The notes: generated by a model not told the origin, from the sequence alone. A stretch of DNA of 64,000 nucleotides from Lytechinus pictus (GCF_037042905.1 NC_087245.1:28708001-28772000), one strand, 5' to 3'. Positions 30,129 to 46,985 are shown, counted from the first letter of the stretch. A program made the numbers and translations.

Positions 30129-33100
30129 GGGCACCGAGTTAAAAAAATTAAACGAAATGGGGGGGGGGGTAGACGTCAAAGAAAATCTGAGATTTCATTC
30201 TTAAAAACAAATTGAGGTATCTCACAAGGCCTAAATAAATAATGAGAACGCGAAGCGCGATCTTTTTTTTAAATAGATTTTTCATGTATTATATCCTGAA
30301 AGCCTAAGTCAGGGGCGGACCCAGCTTCCGCCAATAGGGTGAGGGGCCATTTTTTCACCCATATTTTTCCCGATCGGCCGCTCAAAGTTGATTTTTTGTT
30401 TGTTTCTTTGAAGGGGTTGTCCCAGTGCCGTAATGAGCCAACAATTTCGAGGGGGCTCGATATGGTGTATCGCATAAAATTAATAAGAAGTTGCCAGTGA
30501 GCGAAGCGAGCAAGCAAATATCCTGACATTTTTATTACAAAAATACAAGGTTGTGATAGATTTTGACATGATATTTGGAAAATAATATTATATTTCATCC
30601 TAATCCCTTTCCTTTTCTCTCTATTTTTTCTTAGTCTTGATTCTCTCTATTTTTTTAACAGTCATTTCCTAGCTTTACTTTATAAGCAACATAAATGTGT
30701 AATAATCTCTTAAGCCCTATGTAATCTAAAAATGAAATTTCATGTATTTTGTCCTGAAAATTTGACATTTTGGGCAATGTTTGTGAACCTGAACAGGACG
30801 CGTATGTAACTAGATAATTACCACGAGCGCGAAGCGCGAGCAGAAATGTTAAATATTCGTTCTGGCCTGGTCGAAAAGGGACCAGTTAAGGATGTTTTGC
30901 AAGTTAGCCATTAAGACGATACACATTTCAACGATTAAATAATGCGAGCGCGAAGCGCGAGCTGAACATTTTTGATATTCCAACCTAAAAAGATGAGATT
31001 TCAAATCCCCCAATGGGACATTCGATTCATGTTTGTCAATCATGAAAAAGGATGGGTAATTTTTGGTATCTCCCTACAATGATAATGCGAGCGCAAAGCG
31101 CGAGCAGAAAATTTTGGACATTCTGATTTGAAACTGGATAATTTTAGCACGTTTTGAATAAGATCAAGCTTTGTATCTAAAAAAACATGCGTGCACGTGT
31201 TTTAGAGTTAGACAGAATCCTGGCAATCTGAATACATTTCATTCTTCATCATAAAAATCAATAATGCGAGCGCAGAGCCCGAGCTGAAAATAATATTTGA
31301 AATTCCGATATGAAAAGGGTCAATTTAAGCACTGTTTACAGCATTGTGTATATAGGGAAATTTGATAGCACTATATAAATAATGCGAGCGCGAAGCGGGA
31401 GCTGATATTTTATTATTTATTTGACCTAGGATCGAGACATTTTAGGCCTAAGGACATTTTGTCATCATATATGAATGATGACTATCTTCTATTTTTTTTC
31501 CTAAAACTTGTTGATATTTATTTCTGAAAAAGGGACAATCTAGTTATTATGAATTCATACAAATCTTATTTCATATTTATTAATCTGTTAAGCCTAATGA
31601 GTGTGTGAAATTTGTTGACAGTGCATGAGGCCTGAAAACTGGATATATGGGCACCGAGTTAAAAAAATTAAACGAAATGGGGGGGGGGGGGTAGACGTCA
31701 AAGAAAATCTGAGATTTCATTCTTAAAAACAAATTGAGGTATCTCACAAGGCCTAAATAAATAATGAGAACGCGAAGCGCGATCTTTTTTTTAAATAGAT
31801 TTTTCATGTATTATATCCTGAAAGCCTAAGTCAGGGGCGGACCCAGCTTCCGCCAATAGGGTGAGGGGCCATTTTTTCACCCATATTTTTCCCGATCGGC
31901 CGCTCAAAGTTGATTTTTTGTTTGTTTCTTTGAAGGGGTTGTCCCAGTGCCGTAATGAGCCAACAATTTCGAGGGGGCTCGATATGGTGTATCGCATAAA
32001 ATTAATAAGAAGTTGCCAGTGAGCGAAGCGAGCAAGCAAATATCCTGACATTTTTATTACAAAAATACAAGGTTGTGATAGATTTTGACATGATATTTGG
32101 AAAATAATATTATATTTCATCCTAATCCCTTTCCTTTTCTCTCTATTTTTTCTTAGTCTTGATTCTCTCTATTTTTTTAACAGTCATTTCCTAGCTTTAC
32201 TTTATAAGCAACATAAATGTGTAATAATCTCTTAAGCCCTATGTAATCTAAAAATGAAATTTCATGTATTTTGTCCTGAAAATTTGACATTTTGGGCAAT
32301 GTTTGTGAACCTGAACAGGACGCGTATGTAACTAGATAATTACCACGAGCGCGAAGCGCGAGCAGAAATGTTAAATATTCGTTCTGGCCTGGTCGAAAAG
32401 GGACCAGTTAAGGATGTTTTGCAAGTTAGCCATTAAGACGATACACATTTCAACGATTAAATAATGCGAGCGCGAAGCGCGAGCTGAACATTTTTGATAT
32501 TCCAACCTAAAAAGATGAGATTTCAAATCCCCCAATGGGACATTCGATTCATGTTTGTCAATCATGAAAAAGGATGGGTAATTTTTGGTATCTCCCTACA
32601 ATGATAATGCGAGCGCAAAGCGCGAGCAGAAAATTTTGGACATTCTGATTTGAAACTGGATAATTTTAGCACGTTTTGAATAAGATCAAGCTTTGTATCT
32701 AAAAAAACATGCGTGCACGTGTTTTAGAGTTAGACAGAATCCTGGCAATCTGAATACATTTCATTCTTCATCATAAAAATCAATAATGCGAGCGCAGAGC
32801 CCGAGCTGAAAATAATATTTGAAATTCCGATATGAAAAGGGTCAATTTAAGCACTGTTTACAGCATTGTGTATATAGGGAAATTTGATAGCACTATATAA
32901 ATAATGCGAGCGCGAAGCGGGAGCTGATATTTTATTATTTATTTGACCTAGGATCGAGACATTTTAGGCCTAAGGACATTTTGTCATCATATATGAATGA
33001 TGACTATCTTCTATTTTTTTTCCTAAAACTTGTTGATATTTATTTCTGAAAAAGGGACAATCTAGTTATTATGAATTCATACAAATCTTATTTCATATTT

Positions 33101-34648
33101 ATTAATCTGTTAAGCCTAATGAGTGTGTGAAATTTGTTGACAGTGCATGAGGCCTGAAAACTGGATATATGGGCACCGAGTTAAAAAAATTAAACGAAAT
33201 GGGGGGGGGGGGGTAGACGTCAAAGAAAATCTGAGATTTCATTCTTAAAAACAAATTGAGGTATCTCACAAGGCCTAAATAAATAATGAGAACGCGAAGC
33301 GCGATCTTTTTTTTAAATAGATTTTTCATGTATTATATCCTGAAAGCCTAAGTCAGGGGCGGACCCAGCTTCCGCCAATAGGGTGAGGGGCCATTTTTTC
33401 ACCCATATTTTTCCCGATCGGCCGCTCAAAGTTGATTTTTTGTTTGTTTCTTTGAAGGGGTTGTCCCAGTGCCGTAATGAGCCAACAATTTCGAGGGGGC
33501 TCGATATGGTGTATCGCATAAAATTAATAAGAAGTTGCCAGTGAGCGAAGCGAGCAAGCAAATATCCTGACATTTTTATTACAAAAATACAAGGTTGTGA
33601 TAGATTTTGACATGATATTTGGAAAATAATATTATATTTCATCCTAATCCCTTTCCTTTTCTCTCTATTTTTTCTTAGTCTTGATTCTCTCTATTTTTTT
33701 AACAGTCATTTCCTAGCTTTACTTTATAAGCAACATAAATGTGTAATAATCTCTTAAGCCCTATGTAATCTAAAAATGAAATTTCATGTATTTTGTCCTG
33801 AAAATTTGACATTTTGGGCAATGTTTGTGAACCTGAACAGGACGCGTATGTAACTAGATAATTACCACGAGCGCGAAGCGCGAGCAGAAATGTTAAATAT
33901 TCGTTCTGGCCTGGTCGAAAAGGGACCAGTTAAGGATGTTTTGCAAGTTAGCCATTAAGACGATACACATTTCAACGATTAAATAATGCGAGCGCGAAGC
34001 GCGAGCTGAACATTTTTGATATTCCAACCTAAAAAGATGAGATTTCAAATCCCCCAATGGGACATTCGATTCATGTTTGTCAATCATGAAAAAGGATGGG
34101 TAATTTTTGGTATCTCCCTACAATGATAATGCGAGCGCAAAGCGCGAGCAGAAAATTTTGGACATTCTGATTTGAAACTGGATAATTTTAGCACGTTTTG
34201 AATAAGATCAAGCTTTGTATCTAAAAAAACATGCGTGCACGTGTTTTAGAGTTAGACAGAATCCTGGCAATCTGAATACATTTCATTCTTTGATAATATT
34301 TGAAATTCCGATATGAAAAGGGTCAATTTAAGCACTGTTTACAGCATTGTGTATATAGGGAAATTTGATAGCACTATATAAATAATGCGAGCGCGAAGCG
34401 GGAGCTGATATTTTATTATTTATTTGACCTAGGATCGAGACATTTTAGGCCTAAGGACATTTTGTCATCATATATGAATGATGACTATCTTCTATTTTTT
34501 TTCCTAAAACTTGTTGATATTTATTTCTGAAAAAGGGACAATCTAGTTATTATGAATTCATACAAATCTTATTTCATATTTATTAATCTGTTAAGCCTAA
34601 TGAGTGTGTGAAATTTGTTGACAGTGCATGAGGCCTGAAAACTGGATA
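30129..34648. repeat. tandem triplication, ~1522-bp unit
   Basis: Units start at 30129, 31649 and 33171; the third copy lacks ~40 bp near 34290. Confidence 0.95.
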
Positions 34649-36289
34649 TTTTAAGTATTTTTGTAATCATAAATAGGATTCATGGGTTGATATATTTTTA
34701 GCAAATAATGCGAGCGCAATTTGCGATCCGGAATATTTTAATGGGGGGATTTAAGTAGTTTGTTATAGAATTAATATATAGGTATACATAACTCACCAAT
34801 CAAAATGCGAGCGCGCAGCGCTAGCTCATAGGCCTTTGTTATTTTTTTTTACAATCGAGACACCTGAAAAGGTATATTTAGAGAATCTTATATGAAATAT
34901 AAAAAGACAATAGGTAGGCCTACTTGGCAAATAGTGCGAGCCCACAAAATGTTGCAAATGTTGATTCAAACCATAAAACGGACATTTTCCAGAGCACTTA
35001 AAAACATAAATTGGTAAATAAAACAAAATAATGAAAGGTCAATGTCCGAGCTGATTTTTTTTTTGTATATTGATATCAAAACTTGATATTTTAAACTACA
35101 TATCAGCCTATTGAGCAAGATATGTATCTCATTGAACAGGCAATGCGAGCGCGATGCGCGAGCGAAACTTTGATATAGTGACATTAAATATTTTAAAAAA
35201 TTGTTTTCCAAGTCTTCTCCTGACCTTATTTTATTCACTCGTCTTCCTCCTTTTATGTTTTGTCTTCTTTTTCTCCTTTCTTTCCCCGTTTTTCACAATT
35301 TATTTGCTCTGTCAATAGGGGGGGAGGTTGCCCTCGGGCCGCCTCAATCCGCCTATGTTAGTAGTTGTTATGATGAACACGATGCATATCTATTAAGAAA
35401 TGAATGCGACCGCGAAGCGCTAGCTGAAAACTTTTATAATGATGAAATGAAAAATACATTTTCAGTTGTCAGGTTAGAATATCAAATATTTTCAGCTTGT
35501 GCTTCTCGTTCGCATAAAAAACTGTAAGGTCGGGATGCGTATATAACTAAACAATGTATTGATGCCAGCGCGAAGCGCGAGCTCAATTTTTTATATACTG
35601 ACTTAAGAAGGACTAAGGTATAATTCCTATTCTAATTGCTTGTCCTTTTTCTCTTCCTTTTTTCTGTTTCTTACCCCTTTTTTGCGCCACCATGGGGGGG
35701 GGGGCAAAATCTTTGCCCCCTGGATCGGCCTATGTATGTTGAAAAACACTAACACTTACATGTGGGATTGAAGCAGAGGATGAATACCTCGTTAATCAAA
35801 TATTGCGAGCGCGTAGCACGAGCTGAATTTGATAATAACCCTTTTTTGTGACCCTGAACAGTGTATCTTTCTCGCTAAACAGACTTAAAACTTGAAAACA
35901 TTGTTTTTTCTGTTATCGTAAAAACGGGATATTTTAATTCAGCCGCATTAATTTAAGTTTTTTGGGCAGGACATATATTTCACTATAAACAGGCAATACG
36001 AGCAATGTTGCACCCCCGGTCGAAAATGAATTTGCATGAAGCCCCCTATTAAAGTTCAAGGTCAATTTGGCGCCCTCGGTTGAACATAAACTTGGCGCCC
36101 CCATGTGAAATATAACTTTGTCCTCCCTCCCCCTCTCTGAAACATGTATTTGACGCATTATGGTCAAAATTCAAATTAGCGCTCCCCAAGTTCGAACATC
36201 AATTTGGTGCCCCGCTAGATCGAACATCAATTCAGCGCCCCATAGTTCGAACGTCATTTTGGCGCCATCAAATCGACGTCCAGGTCAAC

Positions 36290-37160
36290 ATCTCCCTCTT
36301 CCGTTTCCTATCTCCTTTTCTTTCTTTTTTCTTTCTCTTATCCTCATTCCCCTTCCTTCCTTTCTCTTTCTTTCCCCCTCTTCTTTCCCCCCTTTTCTTC
36401 TCTTTCCCCCCATCTTTTCTTTCCCCCTTTTCTTCTCTTTTTCTGTCTTTTCTTTCCCTCTTTTCCTCTCTCTCTTTTCTCGTTTTTCCTCTCTTCCCCC
36501 TTACTCTCTCTTTTTTCTTCTCTTTTCCTCTCTTCTTCTCTCTCTCTCTCTCTTTTCTTATCTTTCTTCCCATCTTCCTCTCTCTTTAAATATTATTCTC
36601 TTCCTCTTTTTTTCTTCTTCTTTTCCCCCTTTTCCTTATTCTGTTCTTTTCTTTCTTTTCCCTCTTCCACTTTTTTCTCTTTCCCCCTTTACTTCTCCCT
36701 TTTTCTTTTTCTTTCCTTTCCCTCTTTTTTCTCTTTTAATCTTTTTTTCTTCTCTCCCTCCCCTTCCTCCCCCTCTCTCTCTTTCTTCTCTACTTTTCCC
36801 CTCTTCCTCTCTCTCTCTTTTTTCTTATCTTTCTTCCCATCTTCCTCTCTATTTAAATATTCTTCTCTTCCTTCCTCTTTTTTTTTCTTCTTTTTCCTCC
36901 TTTTCCTTTCTCCTTTCTTTTCTTCTTTTCCTTTTCCCTCCTCTTTTTTTACTCTTCTTTCCCCTTTTCTTCTCCATTTTTTTCTTTGTCTTTCCTTTCC
37001 CCTTTTTCTTATTTTTTTTTCTTCTCTTCCTTTCTCCTTCTTACTCTCTTTTCTATTCTCTTCTTTTCCCATCTTCCTCTTTTTTTATTCTCTCCCTTGT
37101 CCCCTCTCCCCCCCCCCTCTTTTTTGAGCTGGGGGTCGGGGGGGGGGGGGGGGGGGGGTG
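36290..37160 (+). repeat. CT-rich low-complexity tract and poly-G
   Basis: Polypyrimidine run of ~830 bp. Confidence 0.9.
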
Positions 37161-37977
37161 AGGCAGTTCTCCCTCGGCCCCCCATGGATCCGCACCTGAT
37201 AGAACCCCATGGCTTCGTATCATTTGACCTTTGGACCTCTCGATGACATTTGATATATCTGATCATAATTTTACACACACTGCGGACTATCGGACCCGCG
37301 GTCTATCGGACCCGCGGTCTAACGGACCCGCGGTCTATCGGACCCGCGGTCTATCGGGATGTCCCCTCCAATTTCAGAGACGGTCTCCAGTTTTGGAGAC
37401 CAATTTCCTTTGTTTACATTTGCTGCAAAAGGATTACCTTGGCGGCAAATAAAAATGTGATAAGGGGATTCCTAATGAAAAATTACCCCTTTTCACCGTC
37501 TACTTTAAAAATTCACCGTCTACTTTTGTTTTGATAAGGATTTTTCTTGTCAATCACACACAAAACAAATGGGCTTCTGACCTCAGTGAGACAAAATTTT
37601 GGGTGGAAATAATCACGCTTTTGTTGGTGTTGTTTCTTTTGTCCTTTTGCAAAGCAAGTCTCCAATGTGGGAGATTGTCTCCCCTATTGGAGAGAGTCTC
37701 CCATATTGGCCGTGCGCCTCTGCTGGTAAGTTTCGTAGGAGGATTTCATTCTGTTAATCCTCTAGTCTTATTAAATTTGCGCGAGTGTGTTGAATTGTTG
37801 AATGCGCCGTGCCTTCACTTTCCTCATTCCTGTCATGCCTGGGGCTGGGCTGTAGGCTGTGCACGGCGGCAGAGATGCACCCATGGCCATGCCCATGGCA
37901 TGATGGGCATGGGATGATGGGTGAGCCGAGGACTGATTGAGTGATTCCGAGTCTGAGATGAGAGATTGAGAAAAATC

Positions 37978-39020
37978 CCGGGGGGGGGGGGGGGGGCCAC
38001 TTACATTGACGAGTGGATACCATGCGCGACCCAAAAAACACGTAAAATGATGTCTTTTTGAGTTTTCAAGATAGGGCACGTTACGTACAGTACGTAACGT
38101 AATATGGGTGTCGAAAACACTAAAATAATGAAAAAAGGGTATCTATTTCGCTTGGAAAGCTGGATCTACGTGTTTAGGGTCAAACTTGTGAGGGTACCGG
38201 TATAAAAAATCAAGACTAAAATGTTTTAAAAAGGATGTACGGTACTTTTTGCCCCAGGAGTCAACACTACTAGTACTACATGTTAAGTGTTAAGAATACG
38301 ATTTGCGCGAGTTGGGCTGTACTAAACCCAATGATCATGATGTATTGTAATGTAGGTAAAGGTAAAACTAAAACCGACGTCCGTGACATAACATCAAAAT
38401 ATCGCTGTACTTGTTTAGGGGTTCAATTCAGGGAATACTTGCCAATAGTCGATATAGTATCGTTCGGTTTTCAATACTTGTTAAGGGTAGGGTTTCACAA
38501 AAGAGGAGGCAGGGTAGCTCAGTCGGTTAGAGCGCATGTTTCGGATAAGATCATAGATCTCAACGTGAGTGGTTCGAGTCCCGCTCATGCCGAAACGCGT
38601 CTAACAAAAAATCTGATGCTCTAGTGTTGTGTGTTAGCGTGCCTCACCACTGTATTCAGTGCAGGTGTGAATGCAGTTGGAAAACACTACGTTCATCGGA
38701 AAGGACGCAAATGTTGGTCCCGTGTATAGGAGAGTCGCAACCTATGCACGTTAAAACCAATACACTATTCGTCAAAGAGCAGGGTGTTCACCCGGTGTAT
38801 TGCACCTGCCGGTCCCGGCAAAATTCAGGTCAAGTCAAGCTTGACGTTCATATGCCATAATAATCAATATAATGACTGTGGGCATTAACGGAAAGACAAG
38901 ACAAGACAAGGGGTGAATTCAGAATATGGAAAATACATGTTAAAGGTGCTTTTTGAGATCTCATGGTCGCGCATGGTATCCACTCGTGAACGGAAGTGGC
39001 CCCCCCCCCCCCCCCCCGGG
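37978..39020. mobile_element. CCCGGG(G)n-terminated MITE (8-bp TSD) carrying a SINE
   Basis: TIR poly-G-CCACTT.CATTGACGAGTGGATACCATGCGCGACC; TSD GAAAAATC; relatives at ~3913-4212 and 50847-51431. Confidence 0.85.
38508..38910 (+). mobile_element. tRNA-derived SINE
   Basis: Head GGCAGGGTAGCTCAGTCGGTTAGAGC (A box) ... GGTTCGAGTCC (B box) ...CATGCC; unrelated body; (GACAA)n tail. Absent from the other copies of the host MITE. Confidence 0.8.
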
Positions 39021-39205
39021 GAAAAATCGGAAAATGTGTAAACCACCCCCCCAAAACTCCTCCGAAACAGCGGAGTTTTCAGTCTAGTTGCGGACCAAAA
39101 CACCTTATGGCATTATAAATTGATCTAATTTCATGTTTTGGTATCGTAAAGAAAAATAATTCAGAATGAGAACTACCGTACTGACGTAGACATGGTTGGT
39201 CATGT

Positions 39206-39630
39206 TGGTAGACGCGCATGGCCAATTTTTGGAGACTGTCACCCATGTCACGAGAGAGATTATTTCTAATATCAGAGACTTTCGTAAAGAATTTGGGTAT
39301 CCAATTTCAGAGATAGTTTGGGAGACCAATTTCCTTTGTTTACATTTGCTGCAAAAGGATTAACTTGGCGGCAAATAAAAATGTGATGAGCAGATTCCTC
39401 ATGAAAAATTACCCCTTTTCACCGTCTACTTTAAAAATTCACCGTCTACTTTTGTTTTGATAAGGATTTTTGTTGTCATCCACACACAAAACAAATGGGC
39501 TTCTGACCTCAGTGAGACAAAATTTTGGGTGGAAAAAATTATGCTTTTGTTGGTGTTTCTTTTGTTCTTTTGCAAAGTAAGTCTATAACTATGGGAGCTT
39601 GTCTCCCATATTGGCTGTGCACTTCTACTG
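39206..39630. mobile_element. uninterrupted degenerate copy of the 28306-37725 family
   Basis: Colinear with 28306-28402 joined to 37376-37725; single TCCAATTTC. Confidence 0.8.
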
Positions 39631-40779
39631 ACAGTTCATGTGTGTGTGTTTTTTTTTGTAACATTAGAACAGGCTAGTAAAATGATTTTTTTTTCTTTTT
39701 ATATTCTTACAGTTATGCTAAAGCCCTAAACATTAGACTTTATTTCTGTATGACTTTGAGCCCCGAAATTTGATTTTTAGATACCGTAATGATATGATAA
39801 ATTTTACTTTAGGCTCTAGGCCTATTCCTGGCAAATTACCCCAAGTCTGCACAGTCCCCCTTGTCTGCGCACATACGTAATGTATCTGCCCGAATCTAGT
39901 AAAAGAAGATATAAGTATGCAATGAACACAAACTTTTCACATGCAATATATAGACAGATATTCATTAAAAAATCTGACTCAAAATGGAAAAAATAATGAA
40001 TTTTGGGCATGTCATGTGACGGCCTGAAAATGCAGCCTTTCTCATCAAAATACCAGAATCTCGTGCAAAGTGAATGGGTGCGCAGACATGGGGTACCATC
40101 TTTTTTTCAATCTGAAAATTATGCCCGAGGTTTTTCCCAAGAAAATCCTATATTTCAAATTATTATGAGATATTTGGTACACTTATATTAATGTAAGGAA
40201 CATTAATAACTGTTCAAAAGATTTTGTGAAATAAAAATAAGTTCATGTTAAATCTTAACTCAAATCGTTAGGTGCGCAGACTTGGGGACCACCATCATAC
40301 TAACTGTCTACATACATGAAGATAATAGATTGGAAAAGAATAACTAATACATTTAGCAGATTGAAAACGAGAATATGTCTACACTTTGATTGGTCAAAGA
40401 GACCACACACCCAGCAAAATTCCAACAGTTCCCATGCTGGGCATGCTTGGGCCGGGCCCCTCCAAGTTTATGTGGTAATCTCGACTTCAAATTGCCTGTG
40501 GGCTGTGCATGTTGTTTTGAAAACTTTATATTCAGCCAATCAGAACTCTGGTGTCTGGATTTCATAATACTCGCAAATCTCGTCAATTTTGCACTATTTG
40601 CCAGAGGAAACAGTGGAAGAAAATTCTGTTTTGAGGCATCTTTTCATGCCAGAAATTCAAATTTATTTTATTCAAAGGAAGTGACCAATGTGAAAGAGTA
40701 ACACTTCTCTTTCTTATGGTATGAAGACATTCAATTTTACTATATATTATGAGAAAGAAAGTCTCACAATTCACACAAT

Positions 40780-41319
40780 TCATAATTTCCATCAGCAATG
40801 AATGCTCAATAGCATAGGGACCTGCAGTCTGACTGAAATGGTTTTGTCCATTTTGGACATCACAATGTTTTGAAGTGGCCAAGCCAAAACCCTGTCCTGA
40901 ACCTTATTGAAAATTTGTGGAGGAAAATTGAGGTGAAGGTTAAAATTAACCTTTACCATTGAACTGGAAACCAATAAACTTGACCTTTGTTGTTATTGTG
41001 AAAGAGAAAATTGCAAAGGAGGAGTGTTATAAAATCACGACATCCGTCATTGCAATGCAAATAAATGCTAGAATCTATATTTCATAATTGATTATTAACT
41101 TTCAGTTAGAAAACAGGGGTATGAATAACTTTTGAACATGCAGCTTCTTACATATTGTGGAATATGAAAGAATTTTAATCTGAAAAGCATGTATGCCATA
41201 TTTTGTATTCAAAAGCCTTTTGTAACCACTAGCTTTTGTTATTTAGAGAATAAATTGAATTCTTTTAAAATCCTTCAAAATGTCAGCAGTACATGTATGA
41301 ATACCTTTGAGCACAACTG
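40780..41319 (+). mobile_element. Tc1/mariner transposase remnant
   Basis: From 40876, WPSQNPVLNLIENLWRKIEVKV resembles the Tc1 motif WPSQSPDLNPIENLW; right end ...CACAACTG|TA. Left boundary uncertain. Confidence 0.7.
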
Positions 41320-41427
41320 TATATAGAGTACAGTGTGTTGAGTTTTTATTGTAAAATTAAGCTTGTTTATACTGCTCATTATTTCCCTTTTGCTGGTGCA
41401 GGGTGCAGCTTGTCCACATACTTTTGA

Positions 41428-44542
<3,115 letters not shown>

Positions 44543-44969
44543 TATCATGCTCATCAATATCTGTTTCTACTTCAGTTTTAAAGATATGTCTGTTTTGTGT
44601 TTGATTTGTTGAAATACGTTTTTTTTCTATTTTGAAGAAAATTTGCTCAAATTATCCATGTTTTGTCTTATCTTTACTTCCCTTCAGTTGATATGGAAAC
44701 CAATGTGATATCCAGAGTGAATTTCATTTTTTTGAATTAGTTTGGTTAGTGCAAGGAATATTGTTGCAAAGCCTAGGCCATCAAATAAAGGTCAAAGTAC
44801 TATTCTTTGGTATCAGGATAAAAACAAAATCACAAAATTTTTAAGATTATGGATATTCAAGATAGTTTTTGATTTCCTATTTCTTGAAACCTGTGCATAT
44901 GAATCATTTAGTAAGTATCAGCAATCTTGTGAGAAGGATTTTGTTTTAAGTCCATGGTTCAAGGCCACT

Positions 44970-45246
44970 TCAGGGGCCCCGTCTCACAAAAACTTGCGAT
45001 TGATCCGATCAATCGCAACTATGGAAAGCCAGCAAAGTCAACATATAAAATGCATGTTTGCTCAAAATTTGTTCTAGATATGAACGTATATCTGTAAATT
45101 CATTTATTTCTTGACAGTTCGGTGTGTTCTCCTTGGTTTACAAAGGACATTTTGCACATTTCCTGTAGAAAAAATTATGACACTGATGGATTTCCATAGA
45201 GTTACGATTGATTGGATCATCGTAACTCTTTGTAAGACGGGGCCCA
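44970..45246. mobile_element. MITE (GGGGCCCCGTCT.ACAAA family); second copy ~45408-45670
   Basis: Inverted termini and two adjacent related copies downstream of the gene B stop. Confidence 0.7.
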
Positions 45247-46985
45247 GGTCAATAAGCAATGATAGAGATATATATTTTTAATATAATGTCAAAAGTAGCA
45301 TACCAAATCCAATGAAACTTGTACAAGATGGCTGTCTGTTTTCATAAATCATATATCATGTACTCAGAATACCTATACTGCCCCACAGAAACAACATTAG
45401 CATTATTCAGGGCTCCGTCTTACAAAGAGTTACAATTGATCCGATCATTATCAATCGCAAACTATGGACGGCTAGCAACGTCAACATCTATTATGCATGT
45501 TTGTTCAAAGTATTTTCTAGCTATAATGTATATTCATGCATTCATTGTTTTCTTGAAAATTCAATGTGCTTGTCTTTGCATACAATGGATATTGTGCAAA
45601 TTTTTCGTAGAAAAAATTATGACACTGATGGATTTCCAGAGTTACGATTGATCGGATCAATCGTAATCACTATAAGTCACATCTTTTGGATTGTGATGTA
45701 AAACATTGTTGATCCAAGATGTACATAGTTTATTGTTGTGATGTCGCTGTGACAATACTGTTTGTAACAGGGCCTCTGCAAACGTATGGTTAATGCTAAC
45801 ATTTCTATGGGTCCAGTACAGGTTATTTTAGGTCAATTAACTTAAAAAGGTTCTAACCATGAAAAAGTAATCTTGACTGTCATTTCAAAAATGTGTGTAT
45901 CTTATTTTTGTTCTAGTCCATGAGAATTGTACATAGTATAAAGTGTGGACACTTATGTGAGTAGGAATATAAAGGCACATTTAGAAGGCCCAAGGCCATT
46001 GTAGGTGAATGAACTATAAGGACGAAATTATGAAATTTAATGTATTTTAATTAACTATCCATTTATTTTCATAGTTTATGAAAATTGTATCCTATATACG
46101 AAGTATTCAATCAGAAAAATAGAGACAAGTAATACAGCTAGATGTATATGTTTCTTCCGTAAATTTGATAAATTGTTGATTAATAACACAAGGTTAAAAC
46201 ACTCTGCTTGTAAACTGAAGGCATTCTGCCAGGGGCACATCTCTTGTTTAGTATGAGTAAGTTTTTAAGACAAAACATATCATTTTTGTTATTTAGGTTG
46301 TGCTAATTGTCTCTTGGGGCTTCAAGGCATGTGATTTTGCACATTCTGAGCTCCTCATGTAATATGATTCTTTATTTTATAATTATGTTAATTATGCCAT
46401 TCCTACTTCACACGAAATGAGCATAATTTTTATGTTAAAAAAAAAGAGAAATCTGCTTGATGTTGGGTGAAATGGTAGCAATATTTATCCAGAGAATTTA
46501 TTTGATTATCTGAGCAAAGGAAGTGGTATGGGTCGCATTTTGTAAATATATAGATAGAATCTATGGTTGTTCGTGATTGTATACTGATTGTTAGGAGGTA
46601 GTATTAATTGTGATTGAAAACAATGGTTAAACATTAAAAAAGTCTCAAAATCAATTTCTTCCGTATTGCCAATTGCCAAATACATCTGTAATGTGAAAGG
46701 AATAGGCCTACATCATACATGTATTACTTTTTGTTAAGGTTTGAATGGATTGATTTGATCACACTAGTAAGTAATAACCATAGTTGCTGGAAGCACCCAA
46801 AGGGTGGGGGGGGGGTGAAGGTTTTTACTTGCTCCAAATTAAGTCAGGTTGGGGCATATATGTGTTGGTACTAAAACAAGGCCCCTTTTGTGTGCTGCAC
46901 CTTAGCTGTAAACATTTTAGGCCAGATTCATTTAAGGGTTCGGGTGCACCTGCTTATAACAAGCATTGTATTATTAAAGATCAAC

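Larger units (their letters stand above)
29633..37198. mobile_element. large non-autonomous hAT-like element
   Basis: TIR CAGG(C/T)GCGGATCCA; 8-bp TSD ATAGAACC (29625-32, 37199-206). Confidence 0.8.
28403..37366. mobile_element. MULE-like foldback element with 16-bp tandem repeats in its TIRs
   Basis: 9-bp TSD TCCAATTTC (28394-402, 37367-75); unit CCGATAG(A/T)CCGCGGGT x~12 at 28412-28599, inverted at 37281-37357. Confidence 0.85.
28306..37725. mobile_element. TIR element with 5-bp TSD (hAT5-like), expanded to 9.4 kb by nested insertions
   Basis: TIR CAG(T/C)AGAGGCGCACGGCCAATAT..GGAGACT; TSD GTAAG (28301-05, 37726-30); uninterrupted relative at ~39206-39630. Confidence 0.8.

Noticed and set aside
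36160..37161. 333-aa F/S/L/P-rich ORF and its antisense K/R/E-rich ORFs
   Set aside because: Artefact of a stop-free polypyrimidine tract inside a transposon.
38508..38591. tRNA gene
   Set aside because: A/B boxes are present but the anticodon arm and acceptor stem are imperfect, there is no T-run terminator, and it continues into a SINE body and tail.
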